Source: Mobula hypostoma (Eukaryota). Taken from it: a stretch of 64,000 nucleotides of DNA. The stretch covers positions 39,310,001 to 39,374,000 of the forward strand of contig NC_086097.1 of the NCBI RefSeq assembly GCF_963921235.1, in the 5' to 3' direction. The notes under the pieces were generated by a model. The model had not been told where the DNA came from. It worked only from the letters and a program-made list of their open reading frames with translations, and made no database searches. Below are positions 50,292 through 64,000 of the stretch, piece after piece. The first letter of the stretch is position 1. Each line of letters opens with the position of its first letter. The translations under genes were made by a program, and so were the position numbers.

Positions 50292-51452
50292 TATGTTGAC
50301 CCTGACTAATCAAATTAATGATGTTCTACTGTTAAGAGATATCCATGTAATTAAAAGCTTTTGTGTTTCTACATTTATTTACATGTCTAAACATAGGAAG
50401 AGAATGTGTACAAGGAAGACAAACATCAGAAATAATAAGCAATCTAATTATATTTCACAATGTAGTACTTATTCTATAGCACTGGAGGACCAAGAGGCTA
50501 TATATATATATATCAATCAGCATTCAGCAACATGGTGTCCAACAGTTTGAATACTTATAGCTATGTATTATCCATACTTTAAAATGACATGATGTTGTGC
50601 AGGTAACTTTCTAAGAATGCCTGCTTGTTGACTCCCCAAGCAAGGAAAAATGCTATGGCTCACCGTGGTGAGGCTGCCTGTGTGGGTTAGGTGTGTGGTG
50701 ATTTGAGACTCAGAGCACACGGAAATGAGAGCAGAACTGGACCACTCAGCACCGCAAGCCTGGCACGCCACTGAATTTGATCACAGCTGATCTATGCTGG
50801 CCTTAACTTATTTTCTGTATCAGTTCCCCATAATACCCTGGCTAGGATGGCGCGTATAGGAGTACTGCAGCAACTGTTTCAACTAGAAACGGGTTGCTCT
50901 GATTCTTTGGTCTGTCTTGGCATCGGTTGGATGCTGTCTCCCCCTTAATTCATTTGGCTGCACAGTCTTTTCTGGTACATGCTCAAGAGCCAGCAACCAC
51001 TACAGTCACCACGCTGGGAGAACTGTGCTACCACAGAGAAAGAGACAGCAGCTTTTGTAACATTTACCGGGAGGTGATGATGGAGAATGTAGAATCGAGC
51101 TAGTCAGTCAACACTTGCGGGTGCTGCTGATCTCTAACAGCGGCCTGCCTTCACTGGCTGGGGTGCAGCCCCAAGCCCCATCACTTAGTGCTAAGCAGAA
51201 GCACTGCTTGTTGCAGCAGCACACTCCGTGCCATCAATCACAGGCAGCCTCTTTGGACAGAGACATGGGGACAAATCCTCGACTGTATTAGGCTCTCTGA
51301 GCAAAATGGCTGTCATATTATGACCACTTTTCGCACAGGTTCGATCAGCATTTTCATTGCTGAGAAGGCAACTTGCATGCTAAGTAATGTACCACCTATG
51401 CTTATTTATAAAGACCCATGGTAGCAGTAATATGTACTGTTGTATTAATTAC

Positions 51453-51598
51453 CCATCAGTGGGAGCTAACATTCGAGGACTGATGTGATTCCACTGTGGT
51501 GTTTTTGCTATAGGAAAGATGATTGAAGATGGAGTAGTTGGATTTGCCTGAAGTTTGAAAAAATCATCGCCATCTTCTTGGCCTGAAAAACTTGGAAG
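51453..51598 (-). CDS. MIS18BP1: MIS18BP1 exon (LPSFSGQEDGDDFFKLQANPTTPSSIIFPIAKTPQWNHISPRMLAPTD)
   Basis: TTGCAG| and |GTAATT; 146 bp; aligns to human LPTFQDSEDDDD...NPTTPSSVIFPLVKTPQCQHVSPGML. Confidence 0.93.
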
Positions 51599-52329
51599 CT
51601 GCAATATAATTACAAAAAGGAGAAAAATATTTTGAAATTCTAAGTTTGTAGAAGAAATTTGTGATCTAAGCTTTTATTTGCATGCTGCAATTTTATTCAA
51701 AATTCAATAATTTGCATCATAATGATTGCCCTTCTGTTACTTTAATATTTCAATTTATCCCAATACAGTATATATAAAACTATAAACAATAATATGTTAA
51801 TCTAGACTGAATAAACTTGGTATAGGAGGTTGAGAAAACAAAAGAAGGTCTAAAAGATCAAAATGTCTAATACTAAACACACTGGAAATATTACTGTACA
51901 TCTGCTTTCTAGATGGAATTGTACATAGCTTACATTCAAAAAATTATTTCATTATTGTATAATTTTACTGATTGTTCGCCTGTGCACTGGCAAAACTGAG
52001 AGGCAGGTGACCAAAACCTGTAATAAATGGAAATGTCCAACCCACTACAATCAGTAAAAAGGTAACTTGGCATTACCAAATCCACCGTGATAGACACAAG
52101 ATGATTTCTGAATAATTTTAAAGAACCAAGTGCATTTTAATGTGGCATCTTTGGTGGATTGTGTCATTGTCACTTCCAATTAAAAATGCTCAGAAGTACC
52201 GTTAGCAGAAACGGTTTGCTGATGGTGCTCAAGCTACTATCCATTTCATATCTCCTTATGACATTAAAGGAGGCCATTGAGTCCATCAAGTCTACATCAT
52301 TTAACTGAACAATCCTAAACCCACTAATT

Positions 52330-52640
52330 ATTTCTTTAATCTATTTTCCTCAAATTGGCATCTACCTTTCCTAGATTTGATAACTCATTTACATACTGGA
52401 GGCAATTTATAGGAGCCAATTAACTAACCAACCTGCACATTATTGGGATGCAAGAGAAAAATGGAGCACCTAATGGAAATCTGAATACTTCAATTTCCTC
52501 CTGCATCCCAAAGAAATAGGTACAGGAAGAACAAGCAAATTGGATAGAGGCTGCATAAGAGATCAGGACTGAACCCAGGTCGATAGAACCACAAGGCAGC
52601 AACTCTACTAAGGTAGCAATTTGTGCTTCGTAGTTGCCCA
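52330..52640 (-). mobile_element. V-SINE/HE1-like SINE (old)
   Basis: B-box-like GGGTTCAGTCCTG and a degenerate V-domain on the minus strand. Confidence 0.55.
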
Positions 52641-52969
52641 TCTCATAGCTTGAAAGGCTGAACTAGAGGCTGAAATGTGTGGTGTAGAGATATGTATGTC
52701 TTCACTCTTTACCATCATAGCATTATCAGTGTTATGCTTGTGAAGAATATAATTCATAATCATTTTTAAATGTCCTGCAACATAAAGTGCACAGATATAA
52801 ATTTGTCTTTCCATTTTGTCCACAATTTTTCAGCTGTATATTCAATTGCAGAAGACATTTTACACTTATAATCCTGATCCAATAGAAACAGCAGTCGATT
52901 GGAAGAATTTAGTTAGAATATTTCAACATTTTACAATACTTAAATATTTTTTTTAATGAGTGTCCAAAC

Positions 52970-53106
52970 CTTTATTCTCTTATGTTGCAATTCTATGTCA
53001 TTGAAAAGATCTTCATGATCATCCTTAGGAATATGTTCTAGGAAAGACCTTACTTGCTGCTTTCTTTTCAGTGTTCCAGCCCGTGCAATAATTTTCTTGG
53101 GTTCCC
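52970..53106 (-). CDS. MIS18BP1: MIS18BP1 exon (GEPKKIIARAGTLKRKQQVRSFLEHIPKDDHEDLFNDIELQHKRIK)
   Basis: CCACAG| and |GTTTGG; 137 bp; conserved GTLKRKQQ...FLE..PKDDH.D.F motif. Confidence 0.93.
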
Positions 53107-53849
53107 CTGTGGAGGTAACATTCATTAAATAATTAGGGCACATTAATAAAGGCACATTTGGTTAACTTGCCTAATCATACAATCTTGTAGGAAGATTAAT
53201 TCTCATGACTATATGGTACTTGCATTTAAAAACCAATAGAAGTTCAAAATGTAAGAATGAATATACAACATACTGCTATACACAACCTAGTATTTTTAGA
53301 ATCAAATTTGCACTGAATGTTTTAGCTGAATTTTTAATTGTTTTCTTTACTGGAGAGTGGAATGGGTAAAATGCATTAAAATAGCACAAGAACAAGTAAT
53401 CCATCAGTCTAGAAGCACTGGTAGTATTTTTCCCAGTGTGTATTGGTGCAAGTTCTTTACCAAATACAGTGAACCATTTTCCTCAAATATATGTGTGTAA
53501 GTGATTGAGAGCGAGAGAGAGAGAGTAGAGAGCAAAATTATTTAGTGATTCCAATTTTAAAAACAGCAGGGAACTCTGATTGCAGTTGTCATCATTGTCT
53601 TAGAGTCTAAACCTAAGCTGAGCATGTCCTCCCTAGGTTACCATAGAGGTCCGTACCCTAGAACTGTTCAGAATCCAAACAGCTTGCAAGCTGAAAGTAC
53701 AAATGGCCACTGATATATTTAAAAATATGGGCCAAGCATAGGCAACGTTTAGTTAATCTCAACTACTCCGATGTGGCCACACAGCAGAAGATGCTTTAGT
53801 AGCCACAGTAGCCAGAATCCAATTTCCTACTTCATCCTGAATGTTAAGT

Positions 53850-54630
53850 GGATGAACCTTCTGGACCAGCTTCCCATGCAGGACTGTCCTTAAAGACAAG
53901 GCCTTGCTGAAGTCTATATAGACAACATCCACTGTCTATCCTTCATCAAATTTTCTGGTAACCTCCCTTGAAAAACTCTATAAGATGGTTAGACATAGAG
54001 CCATGTTTACTATCCCTAATCAGACCCTGTCTATCCAAATACCTTTATATCCTATCCTTTAGAATACCTTCCAATAATTTAATCCACTACTGATATCAGA
54101 CTCACTGGCCAATAATTTTCCAGCTTCTTCTTAGAGCCTTTCTTGAACAATGGAACAACAAATAGCTATTCTCCAGATCTCTGGCACCTCACACGAGGCC
54201 AAAGATGTTTTAAGTATCTCTGTCAAGGCCCCCAGCAATTTCTGCACCAGCTCCCACAAGGCTTGAAGGAAAACTTTGTCAGGCCCTGAGGACTTTTCCA
54301 CCCTAATTTGCCTCAACACAGCAAGCACCTCCTCTTCTGTTATCTGGATATAGTCCATGTTGTTATTACTGTTTGGCCTCAGTTCTATAAACTCCATGTC
54401 TGTCTCCCAAGTAAATATAGGTGCAAATAAAAGATCAATTTTAGATCTTTGGTTACACGCATAGATGACCAATTTTGTTTCCTGCTACCCTTTTGCTCTT
54501 AATACATCTGTAGAAGCCCCTGGGATTCTCCTTCACCTTGTCTGCCACAGCAACCTCATGCCTACTGATTTCCCTCTTAAATGTTCTCTTTCTTCTCTTA
54601 TATTCCTCAATTGCCTTATTTGTTAATTTT
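53850..54630 (-). mobile_element. CR1 RT fragment
   Basis: ITEEEVLAVL...KSSGPD...EVPEIWRIA. Confidence 0.8.
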
Positions 54631-54659
54631 TAAATTTAATTTTAAGGCACAATTTTTGA

Positions 54660-57600
54660 TTAGGGCACATGGATAACAGAGCCAGACACTGCTACAATAT
54701 AGAGATTGCCCAAAAACAAACCTTCATGAAGATCTGCTGGTTAAATTACACAACCTCGGCTTGCTGAGGGGATTGGACCTACAGTCCTCGGAGTCGTCTG
54801 ATGCCGGTGGCTGGAGGAGGAGACGTCATAAGCAGTGTGTGAGGAAGTGGAAGCAAGGCAAGTGGGCAGGAGTCCATGCCAGGCAAAAAGCAAACTCTAG
54901 CCGGCCAGCTCTCCCGTCCATTCTGCTCTCCAATGTCCGCTCTCTGGACAATAAATTGGACTACATCTGACTCCAATGAAATACTCGGTGGGAGTACAGA
55001 GTCTGCTGTGTGTATGTTTTCATGGAAACGTGGCTCACTGACGGAATCCCAGACACCGCCATTCATTCAGCTGAACGGGCTCGTCTTGTTTCGAGCGGAC
55101 AGAGATGCAGCTCTTTCTGGTAAGACTCGTGGTGGTGGCTTGTGTGTTTACATCAATACGGAATGGTGCAAGAAATCTGTGCTGGTTTCCAGATACTGCT
55201 CATCGCTAGTGGAGTTTGTGACTGTTAGATGCAGACCATTTTATCTGCCACGGGAATTCACCACTGCTCTTATAGTCGGTGTCTACATTCCCCCCAGTGC
55301 TAATGCTAAGGAGGCGCTCTGTGAACTGTATGGGGCTATTAACGAACTGCAGAACATACACCCTGATGGACTGTTTATTGTCGCCAGAGATTTTAACCAC
55401 GCGAACCTTAAATCAGTGCTCCCAAGATTCCATCAGAATGGGGACTTTGCAACAAGAGGGGAGAACGCGTTGGACCTTGTTTACACAAATATTCCTGACA
55501 CGTACCAGGCAGATCCCTGCCCCCCACCTCGGCTACTCAGACCACATCTCTGTTATGCTAATCCCAGCATACAGACCGCTCGTCAGATGCTCCAGATCAG
55601 TTCAGAAGCAGGTGAAAACCTGGCCAGCAGGAGCCATCTCTGCTCTTCAAGACTGCTTTGAGCACTCTGACTGGCTCATGTTCAGGGAGGCTGCAACCAA
55701 TGGCGACTCTACCAACTTAGAGAAGTACACGGCATCAGTGACTAGTTACATCAGCAAGTACATCGATGACGTCACTGTGGCCAGGACCATCACTACATGC
55801 GCTAACCAGAAGCCATGGATGACCGTGGAGGTGCGTGCGCTGCTGAGGACCCATGACTCCACCTTTAGAGCAGGTGACAAGGCAGCCCTAACAACAGTGA
55901 GGGCCAAACTGTCCCGGCCCATCAGAGAGGCAAAGTGTGCACACGCCCAGTGAATCCACAGCCACTTCCAGGACAGCAGCGACATGCTGTGCATGTGGAA
56001 GGGCATTCAGGACATCGCCAACTACAAGACAACACCACCTGCCTGTGCTGGTGATGCCTCCCTCCCAGATGCGTTGAATAACTTCTACGCTCGTTTTGAG
56101 GCGGAAAATGACATGGCAGTAAGGAAGACCATCCCTCCTCCAAACGACCAGGTGCTGTGTCTTACCGTGACCAATGTGAGGAGAACCCTGTGCAGGGTCA
56201 ACCCACGGAAGGCTGCTGCACCAGACAATATTCCTGGCAGAGTGCTTAGAAGATGTACAGACCAACTAACTGCGATTCTCATTGTCATCTTCAACATCTC
56301 CCTGAGCAGCGCCATCGTTCCTACGTGCTTCAAGGCTGCCACCATTGTCCCCGTGCTGAAGAAGTCTTCAGTGTCCTGCTTCAACGACTACCGTCCCGTT
56401 GCACTCACATCCATCATCATGAAGAGTTTCGAGAGGCTCATCATGAGGTACATCAAGACCCTGCTGCCCACCTCACTGGAACCCCTGAAGTTTGCATACC
56501 GTCCCGGCCGTTCTACGGACGATGCCATTGCCATCACCCTCCACCTGGCCCTAACCCACCTGGACAAAAAAGACATGTATATTCGAATGCTGTTCATAGA
56601 CTTGAGTTCAGCATTCAACACAATCATTCCTCAGAAACTGATTGGAAAGCTGAGCCTATTGGGCCTGAACACCTCGCTCTGCAACTGGATCCTAGACTTC
56701 CTGACTGGGAGACCTCAGTCAGTCCAGATCGGAAGCAGCATCTCCAACACCATCACACTGAGCATGGGGCCCCCCAGGGCTGTGTGCTCAGTTCACTGCT
56801 GTTCACTCTGCTGACCCACGACTGTGCTGCAACACACAGCTCCAACCACATCATCAAGTTCGCCGATGACACGATCGTGGTGGGTCTCATCAGCAAGAAC
56901 GATGAGTCAGCATACAGAGAGGAGGTGCAGCGGCTAATGGACTGGTGCAGAGCCAACAACCTGTCTCTGAATGTGAACAAAACTTCAGGAGGACACTGAA
57001 CGACCACTCTCCACTGAACATCGACGACTCCTCTGTAGAGATCATTAAGAGCACCAAATTTCTTGGTGTTCACCTGGTGGAGAATCTCACCTGGTCCCTC
57101 AACACCAGCTCCATACCAAAGAAAGCCAAGCAGCGTCTACAGAGGTTGTATTGAGAGCATCCTGAGCAGCTGCATCACTGGCTGGTTCGGGGATTGCACC
57201 GTCTCGGATCGCAAGACCCTGCAACGGATAGTGAGGTCAGCTGAGAAGATTATCGGGGTCTCTCTTCCCGCCATTACAGACATTTACACCACACGCTGCA
57301 TCTGTAAAGCAAACAGCATTATGAAGGACCCCACGCACCCCTCTTACAAACTCTTCTCCCTCCTGCCATCTGGCAAAAGGCACCGAAGCAATTGGGCTCT
57401 CACGACCAGACTATGTAACAGTTTCTTCCCCCAAGTCATCAGACTCCTCAATACCCAGAGCCTGGACTGACACCAACCTACTGCCTCTACTGTGCATACT
57501 GTCTTGTTTATTATTTATTGTAATGCCTGCACTGTTTTGTGCACTTTATACAGTCCTGGGTAGGTCTGTAGTCTAGTGTAGTTTTGTGTTGTTTTACATA

Positions 57601-57727
57601 GTTCAATGTAGTTTTTGTATTGTTCATGTAGCACCATGGTCCTGAAAAACGTTGTCTTGTTTTTACTGTGTACTGTACCAGCAGTTATGGTCGAAATGAC
57701 AATAAAAAGTGATTTGACTTGACTTGT
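54660..57727 (+). mobile_element. Rex1/Babar LINE, near full length (APE + RT) but frameshifted
   Basis: [69 protein letters not shown] and KFADD; tail AATAAAAAGTGATTTGACTTGACTTG. Confidence 0.9.
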
Positions 57728-57840
57728 TCCATGCTGCCTATGCCTGCAATGCATCTCCTTCTTTTTAACTAGAGCATCAATATTTCTTGAAAATCAAGGT
57801 TCCCTAACCCATTAGGCTTGCCTTTTTTAACCAGAACATA

Positions 57841-58334
57841 AACCCAGTGGCCATTTGTTAGGGACAACTGCTTGTTTGTACAAATATTTAAACAGCCAAT
57901 CATGTGGCAGTAACTTGAGAGGTTCAGTTGTTCAGACCAAACATCAGAATGGGGAAAAATATGACCCAAGTAAGTTGGATTGTGAAATGATTGTTGGTGC
58001 CAGATGGGGTGGTTTGAGTATCTCAAAAACTGTTGCTCTTAGTATTTTTATGCAAAACAGTCTGTAGGTCAAAGAGAATGGTGTGAAAAACAAAAAAAAA
58101 ATCCAGTGAGCGGCAGTTCTGTAGGTGAAAACACCTTATTACTGACAGAGGTCAGAGGGAGAATGGCCAGACTGATTTAAGTTGACAGGAAGGCAAAGGA
58201 AACACTTTACAACAGTAGTGTGTAGAAGAGCAGCTCTGAATGCATAACATGTTGAACCTTGAAGTGGATGGGCTAAAGCAGCAAAGTACCACATCAGGTT
58301 CTACTCCTGACCCTAACAAAGTGGCCACTGAGTG
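57841..58334. mobile_element. Non-autonomous Tc1-type element
   Basis: TA flanks; TIRs (AACC)CAGTGGCCATTTGTTAGGG / CCCTAACAAAGTGGCCACTGAGTG. Confidence 0.75.
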
Positions 58335-58429
58335 TACGCGATCAGTCCTCTCAATATTTCACTCTTGAAGGGCTCCCACTTACCAAGCATTCCTTTGTCG
58401 ATACAATTTAATAAGTTTAGTATTCTGAC

Positions 58430-58608
58430 CTTGCTTGTTTTCATTACTGGAACACTTTTTCTTCTTCTGTTTTTCAGATATTTTGCACAATTTAGGCTGT
58501 TGCTCAGATAGGTACTTTTGTTGGCACTCCTCAGCAGAATGTGTACCAACAGATGCTGCCACATCTTCCCAGAAACCATGTTTATGTTTTGGCAATGCTG
58601 CAACAGTT
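58430..58608 (-). CDS. MIS18BP1: MIS18BP1 SANT-domain exon ([32 protein letters not shown]...)
   Basis: CAATAG| and |GTCAGA; 179 bp; Myb/SANT motif. Confidence 0.94.
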
Positions 58609-59119
58609 CTATTGGGACAGACAAGCAAAATAAAACAAATGTATAAGAAGATTGTTAAAAAATGTCTATCTTCCACATATTGCTGGATTGAAGCAGTAAT
58701 CGATCAAAGGACAGAAGACTTAAACACCCATGTAAGATACATAAAGGTAATTTGTGTCTTGCTGATAACCAACAGTAATATAAAAGACTTGAGGCACCCA
58801 CGCTAAAGTGTCAATTTTTCAAAATATTTCCTTAAAGAAAGAGGATTATTTTGGGTTTTCCTGTCAGATTTAAAGTATGAAGACTTAAGAGCAATTTATG
58901 GAATTTGCTCCTTTCAACAATGAAGGCAATAGTAAACTCCAACACCCAGGACATGCCATCTTCTCATTGCCACCACCTGAAGGCACACACTCAGTGATTC
59001 AGTGACAGCTTCTTCCCCTCTGCCGTCCGATTTCTGAAGGGACTTTGAACCCATGAACACTACCTCACTACTTTTTTATTTCTAATTTTGCACTAATTAT
59101 ATATATATATAGGAAACCT

Positions 59120-59315
59120 TGAGCAAGATACACAAAATGCAGGAGGAACTCAGCAAGTCAGACAGCCTTCCCCCACCTTTTTTATCTGGCTTTTGGTCCT
59201 TCCTTTCCAGTCCTGATAAAAGGTGACAGCCCAAAATGTCAAATGTGTATTCTCCTCCATAGGTGTTGCCTGACTTCCAGTAAAGGCAATTATGCAGGTT
59301 TCTGTATTTTAACAA
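59120..59315. mobile_element. Old Penelope-like fold-back with a decayed hammerhead
   Basis: Inverted terminal motif followed by CAGTCCTGATAAAAGG...AAAATGTC. Confidence 0.55.
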
Positions 59316-60429
59316 CTTTCACTGTGCTTGCTGGCAAGTTTTACAGCTTAACAAAGAGGAAGGGATTTGATATGGATGTTTCAGATCAATGAATTCTGTT
59401 AAAAGTTTGTTAAACCTACTAGCATCATTCTTGCTTCATTAGTCAATCTATTACAACTCAGTGGGAAAGTGCAGGGTCAGTTCATTTGAAGGTCTGTTCA
59501 ATATTCTGAATGAATGTGCAGTGTAAACAATATCATATACATAATGCACCTACTGGCTATCAATAGATACCACCCTGTTGCTTCCAGAAATCATCCAGAA
59601 TCCCTAGGCTCTAATTCAGTGAGACTCACGGACATGTGCTCTGTTGAAGCTTGAAATATCGGAGATAGGTAAAACGATAATCAATTGCTCACAGATTTTC
59701 AGGAGTTGAAAAACACTCTGTAACTCCAATTGTAAAACGCGTTAAAGAATTTTATTATTTAATCAGGTAGTATTGGGTCAGTTCAAGGAGGTCGATGATC
59801 TTCTGATTTTATAATACCAATTTTTGACTAATGCAGAGATTGGTGATTTCAGGAAAATTGTCTGAAAAAGAAAAGAGGATCATCTCTGCAGGGAGATCAC
59901 TTAAGTTATGTGGTGAACTCTGATAGGGATTGGAGCATGAGTAGAGACAAATAGTTACATGGAAAAACAAAATCCGTTATGAGCTAGTCAGTATAGGAGA
60001 GGGTCAGATTAATATATGGCTAAAGGGATGCTGCAGGAGGAGAATTTTAGACTTCTGGATCACTGGTACCATTTGTGGGGAAGGTGGGATCTGTAAAAGC
60101 TGGGCAGGTTGCAACTGATTTGGCAGAGGAATGGAAACACATCTGGGGAAAAGAAGCCATTAAATACAGAAGGAAGTTAAGTTCCTCCAGTACACAGAGC
60201 AGACAAGGATAACATAAAATACATGGGAGGAGAGGAATGCTGACGAACCAAGAGCATTGATAAGCATGTGGGAATACGATATCGTTATTGCAGAGACACG
60301 ATTGAAAGAATAGGACTTTCTGCTCAACATTCTGGAACATAAAATCTTCACGTAGGACGAAGACAGAATTAACATCAAAGTAATAGAGGGTAGTAAAGTT
60401 GTTCAAACACAACTATCTTCAATCAATGA

Positions 60430-60805
60430 ACAGGGAATTATCGATTTCTCCTTCTGGTAAAACCCACCCCCATCTTCCTCTATTTTGAACTCTGACCTTT
60501 CACCTCTTCTCACTTGCCTATCACTTCCCCCTTGATCCCCTCCTCCTTCCCTTTCTCCTATGGTCCACTCTCCTCCTCTATCAGTTCTCTTCATCTCCAG
60601 GCCTTGATCTCCCCTCCCCAACCTGGTTTCACCATCACTTCCCAGCTAGCCTCCTTCCCCTCCCCCCACATTTTTATTCAGGTATCTTCCCCCTTCCTTC
60701 TCAGTCCTGAAGAAGAGGTCTTCGCCCAAAACGGTGACTATCTATTCATTTCCATTGATGCTGCCTGACCTGCTGAGTTCCTCCAGCATTTTGTGTGTGT
60801 TGCTG
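60430..60805 (+). mobile_element. Penelope-like 3' end with a decayed hammerhead
   Basis: Pyrimidine-rich UTR, CAGTCCTGAAGAAG...CCCAAAACGGTGACT, terminal GATGCTGCCTGACCTGCTGAGTTCCTCCAGCATTTTGTGTGTG. Confidence 0.75.
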
Positions 60806-61470
60806 TAGAGAATTCGCAAATCTTAATTGAAAAAGAAGAAAGAAATTATTTAACTGAGCAATTATGGCATTGGTACCTTGAAATCAAACATTATTATTGA
60901 ATTAGGAGGAATGAACTGATAACTCTGGTGCTATGTAGCTTGACAAGGGAGTAGAAACAGGAACATCAGAGGTCTTAATCAGGTGTTTTCAAAGTATATT
61001 GTAGCACTGCTTTGTTCTGGGCCACTTCAATATTGTCCAGAAGATACTATTTCTGAATTATTGGGCTAGATCTATATTTCTTTTCTAAAAGTTAACAAAC
61101 TAGATTATTTTCCTGTCTAAACCTGCCTCTCATTGATCAGGCAGAACTGTCTGCCTCTTGAATTGTAGTATGGCCCTCAATACTAATAATTCAGGCAGCA
61201 CCAGCCCACATTGGCATTACTGGCGTACAGCTACTAGAAACACATCCATGCCTAGTAATTCCCACACAGGTAACAGTCCTTGCTAAAGACATATCCAACA
61301 TCCAAGCTCAGTGGACAAAAGGATTTACCAAACACATTCCCAGCATCTGCAATTGTTTTGACTTGTATTAAATAGCAAAGGATACAAAGATAAATCACCA
61401 ATAAATTGGTTTGGAAAACACATGCAATAAAGGCTTTGAGCATAAAAGTAAGAGGAAATACAATCCTTAC

Positions 61471-62593
61471 TTGTGTAGACAGTGGAGTTCTTTCTTAGTC
61501 CAGTGTTCTGCTCCAGGATCATCAACAGCATGTAGGGACATGCTTAGTTTTTGTTGTACTTTCTGACCAGGCATGGAACATGATTCTGAGCTTGTATCTG
61601 CTGCTGCTCTATTTTTAGGTGCTGCCTTTTTTAAGGATATTGCCGAATGTTTTAGTTTTCTTTTTGCACTAACCTTGGCATGCTTTGTTTCAGTCAGTAA
61701 AACATCTGTAGTGGATGATAGAATCCTATTGAACTGATTTTTCTGTTTTCTTTTTGAAGATTGTTGATTGCACTTTGACACAGTGCTTCCACTATTATCA
61801 TCACTTAGTTCTGCTGCATCTATTTGAACGAAAGACTCTTCAAACTGTGACTCTGTGACTTGCTTATTTTGTTCTAAGTTTTGCTTATTGACAGACTGTT
61901 TGAGATTCATTTTTCTCGATTTTCTTTTAATATTAATCTTGGTATCTTTATTGGACCGAGAAGTCTCATCTTCTATTGGACTCAATGAAACAGTTTTGTC
62001 GATTGATTTTGAAGAACGATTTATCTGTGTGCGCCTTTCAGAAGTGTACCTTTCATTTATATCCTTCATTTTAGATGAATCGATCACTTTTGCAGGAGAT
62101 GGATTTCTTTTCTCATTCTGGCTTTTCTGGATGTTCTGTGATGACATGCTTGATTTTACAGTTCTATTTCTTAATTTGTAAGTATCTTGACATTTTGCTT
62201 TTGTGGATCTTAGCTCAGATTTGAATTCAAGGATGCCGTTCTCGCTTGTACCCTGCATTTCAGATGAATTAATTGTATTTACAGTGACCAATTTATTGCC
62301 TTTCTGGGCATTTTTCTGAACAGAGTGTACAAGTTCACCTAATTCTACTGTTTTGTTCATTAACGAATAAGGATTGTGAACTGGGCTCAAAACAACAGTT
62401 GGGTTTAAGTAATTATGCTTTTTGTTCTTTTTATTTTCAGTATTCAAAGTAATTCCATCTGTTCTTAAAGTGGTTTGACTTGGCAAGTGCTGCTGTGGCT
62501 GTTTCCTCAGGCTATATTTCACTGGCTGATTTTTCGATTTTTCTTTTGCACCCTTTGTCCCTTTGGCATTTCTTTCCATCTTTAAAACTTGAT
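61471..62593 (-). CDS. MIS18BP1: MIS18BP1 large K/S/N-rich exon ending in the start of SANT (EHWTKKELHCLH)
   Basis: Open 1123-bp exon inside the 420-aa ORF; CTCATAG| and |GTAAGG; splices in frame to the SANT exon. The acceptor position is less certain than the donor. Confidence 0.88.
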
Positions 62594-63632
62594 CTATGAG
62601 AAAATACATTACAAAATATACCTGTAAACCTGGTATCAAAATAAAGTGAACATCTACTGTAAAGGATGTTAGTCTTTGATATTCCATGAGAAATCTATTG
62701 TAATAATAAATGCAATGATATTTTTGCACATTTTCCCCCTAATAACGCACTAGTTTGTTGGTTTTGCTGAGGAAATTTGCAACATCTGGAATTGAGATAT
62801 CCCTCCATGGTTTTAACAAAATAAACCAATGTAGTGTACCATTCCAAAAATATGCAACTGAAATGCAGATTACTTTATGTATTTATTGAAGGGCAATACA
62901 AACAATATTTGTCTTTTCATTAGGTTAATAACATTTCAGGTAGGGCAAGAATGTTTAACAGCTCATTGAAACTTGACTTACTATTCTATCATTGTCACAA
63001 TGAACACAGAGGTCACTGAGGCAGAAGATTTCAAAATAACAATTTTATGCAGACCTTGCTTATACCACAGCAGGTAACAGATAATCAGCTATATACTGTC
63101 ATGGACTCTAAATTACAATTTCTGAATAAAACATGTACAATGTTTTAAACATCTAAAGCAAAGCATCATCACTTTGAAGGAAAATCAATTTGATTACTTT
63201 ACTGGTAAATGCTCTGATCTGACCAATTGTCTGATATTTGCTGTCCCCAAGTATCTATGGAGCCCTGGTTCATATCAGAAAGATCTTCAGATAGCTCGAA
63301 GAGCATCTATAGTATCTGTTGCCGTACTCTGGTGACGCAAAAGACTGCACTCAAAATAATTCTTAATGCTGAGGAAAAAACTATTATAAATAATACTTCA
63401 CAAAAAATTACTATAATGCAATTAACAAGAAATAATTTAAAAAAGTCAAACCAATTGTGTATTTAAATGGGATTACCTCAACATCATATATCAAAAGCAT
63501 GAAAAATTAGTGGAATTTCCACTAAGTTCTTAAACAGATACCCTGATGTGGTCTTCCATCTGAGTTAGCTCCAAGCTGCTCATTCACACACTGTGCTTTT
63601 CCAATCTGTTCTGAGTAGAGATGGAGGAGGTA

Positions 63633-64000
63633 CAGTGAAACTCCGTTATAACGCGATCGTTTGGGTCCATAAAATGTCATTGCAAAAAAAACGGGGTCGC
63701 GCTAAATCAGGGTTCAAGAACATCAGTGTTCAAACTGACCCAATGTTGACCTAAAACACCCCTATTTTCGCCTTATTTGACCTGTTTTATGCACGTTCAC
63801 CTTCTAGCAAGTAAATTACCTTTGAATTCAAGAATTCCATGAATAACTCGTGTTGTTATTGTAGAAATTAAAACACAAATTAATTTTTAGTAGAGCTTTT
63901 TAATACATAAAACAAATAAAAATATTCAAGAATATTAGCAATCATCATTTACAGTTTATTTCTTAAAAAAGTGATCGAGTATTCCTTACTTGAATGTATC
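63633..64000. mobile_element. Possible pogo/Tigger-type DNA transposon end
   Basis: TA followed by CAGTGAAACTCCGTTATAACGCG, a Tigger-like TIR; the partner TIR is not in the window. Confidence 0.45.

Noticed and set aside
50568..50771. 67-aa minus-strand ORF as a MIS18BP1 exon
   Set aside because: No similarity to M18BP1; the exons at 51453-51598 and 46615-46693 already join in frame.
54660..57727. Active Rex1/Babar element
   Set aside because: Multiple stops, frameshifts and 3' deletions.
62594..62729. N-terminal extension of the 420-aa ORF
   Set aside because: Intron-like composition, upstream of a polypyrimidine-AG acceptor at 62594.
63190..63370. Candidate next upstream MIS18BP1 exon (could carry the CENP-C-like motif)
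   Set aside because: All three minus-strand frames after the TTTTTTCCTCAG acceptor hit stops, and no such motif is visible.

Overview
Eukaryotic genomic DNA, about 40% GC and very rich in repeats. The repeat set (HE1/V-SINE-like SINEs, CR1, Rex1/Babar, Penelope-like elements) suggests a cartilaginous fish, probably a ray; this is inference. Two intron-containing genes lie in tandem on the minus strand. The first is the last 7 coding exons of MIS18BP1 (62593->43027, SANT domain through the ...DYYFSNSE* C-terminus). The second is exons 1-8 of TPP1 (32882->274, continuing off the left edge), with a 19.6-kb intron 2. All exon boundaries were read by hand and keep GT-AG and phase. The rest is mostly transposable elements: CR1 and Rex1/Babar LINEs, three solo LTRs with 4-bp TSDs, a decayed class-I ERV with a tRNA-Ser PBS, a rearranged Tc1 element closely resembling Sleeping Beauty, and MITEs. 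Most notable is a family of Penelope-like 3' ends carrying minimal hammerhead ribozymes that repeatedly inserted as fold-back palindromes. One is a 1.2-kb palindrome with a 15-bp TSD. In another, the hairpin junction spells a complete monomeric type-III hammerhead on the TPP1 sense strand. Repeat boundaries without TSDs are approximate, and family names come from recalled motifs, not database searches.
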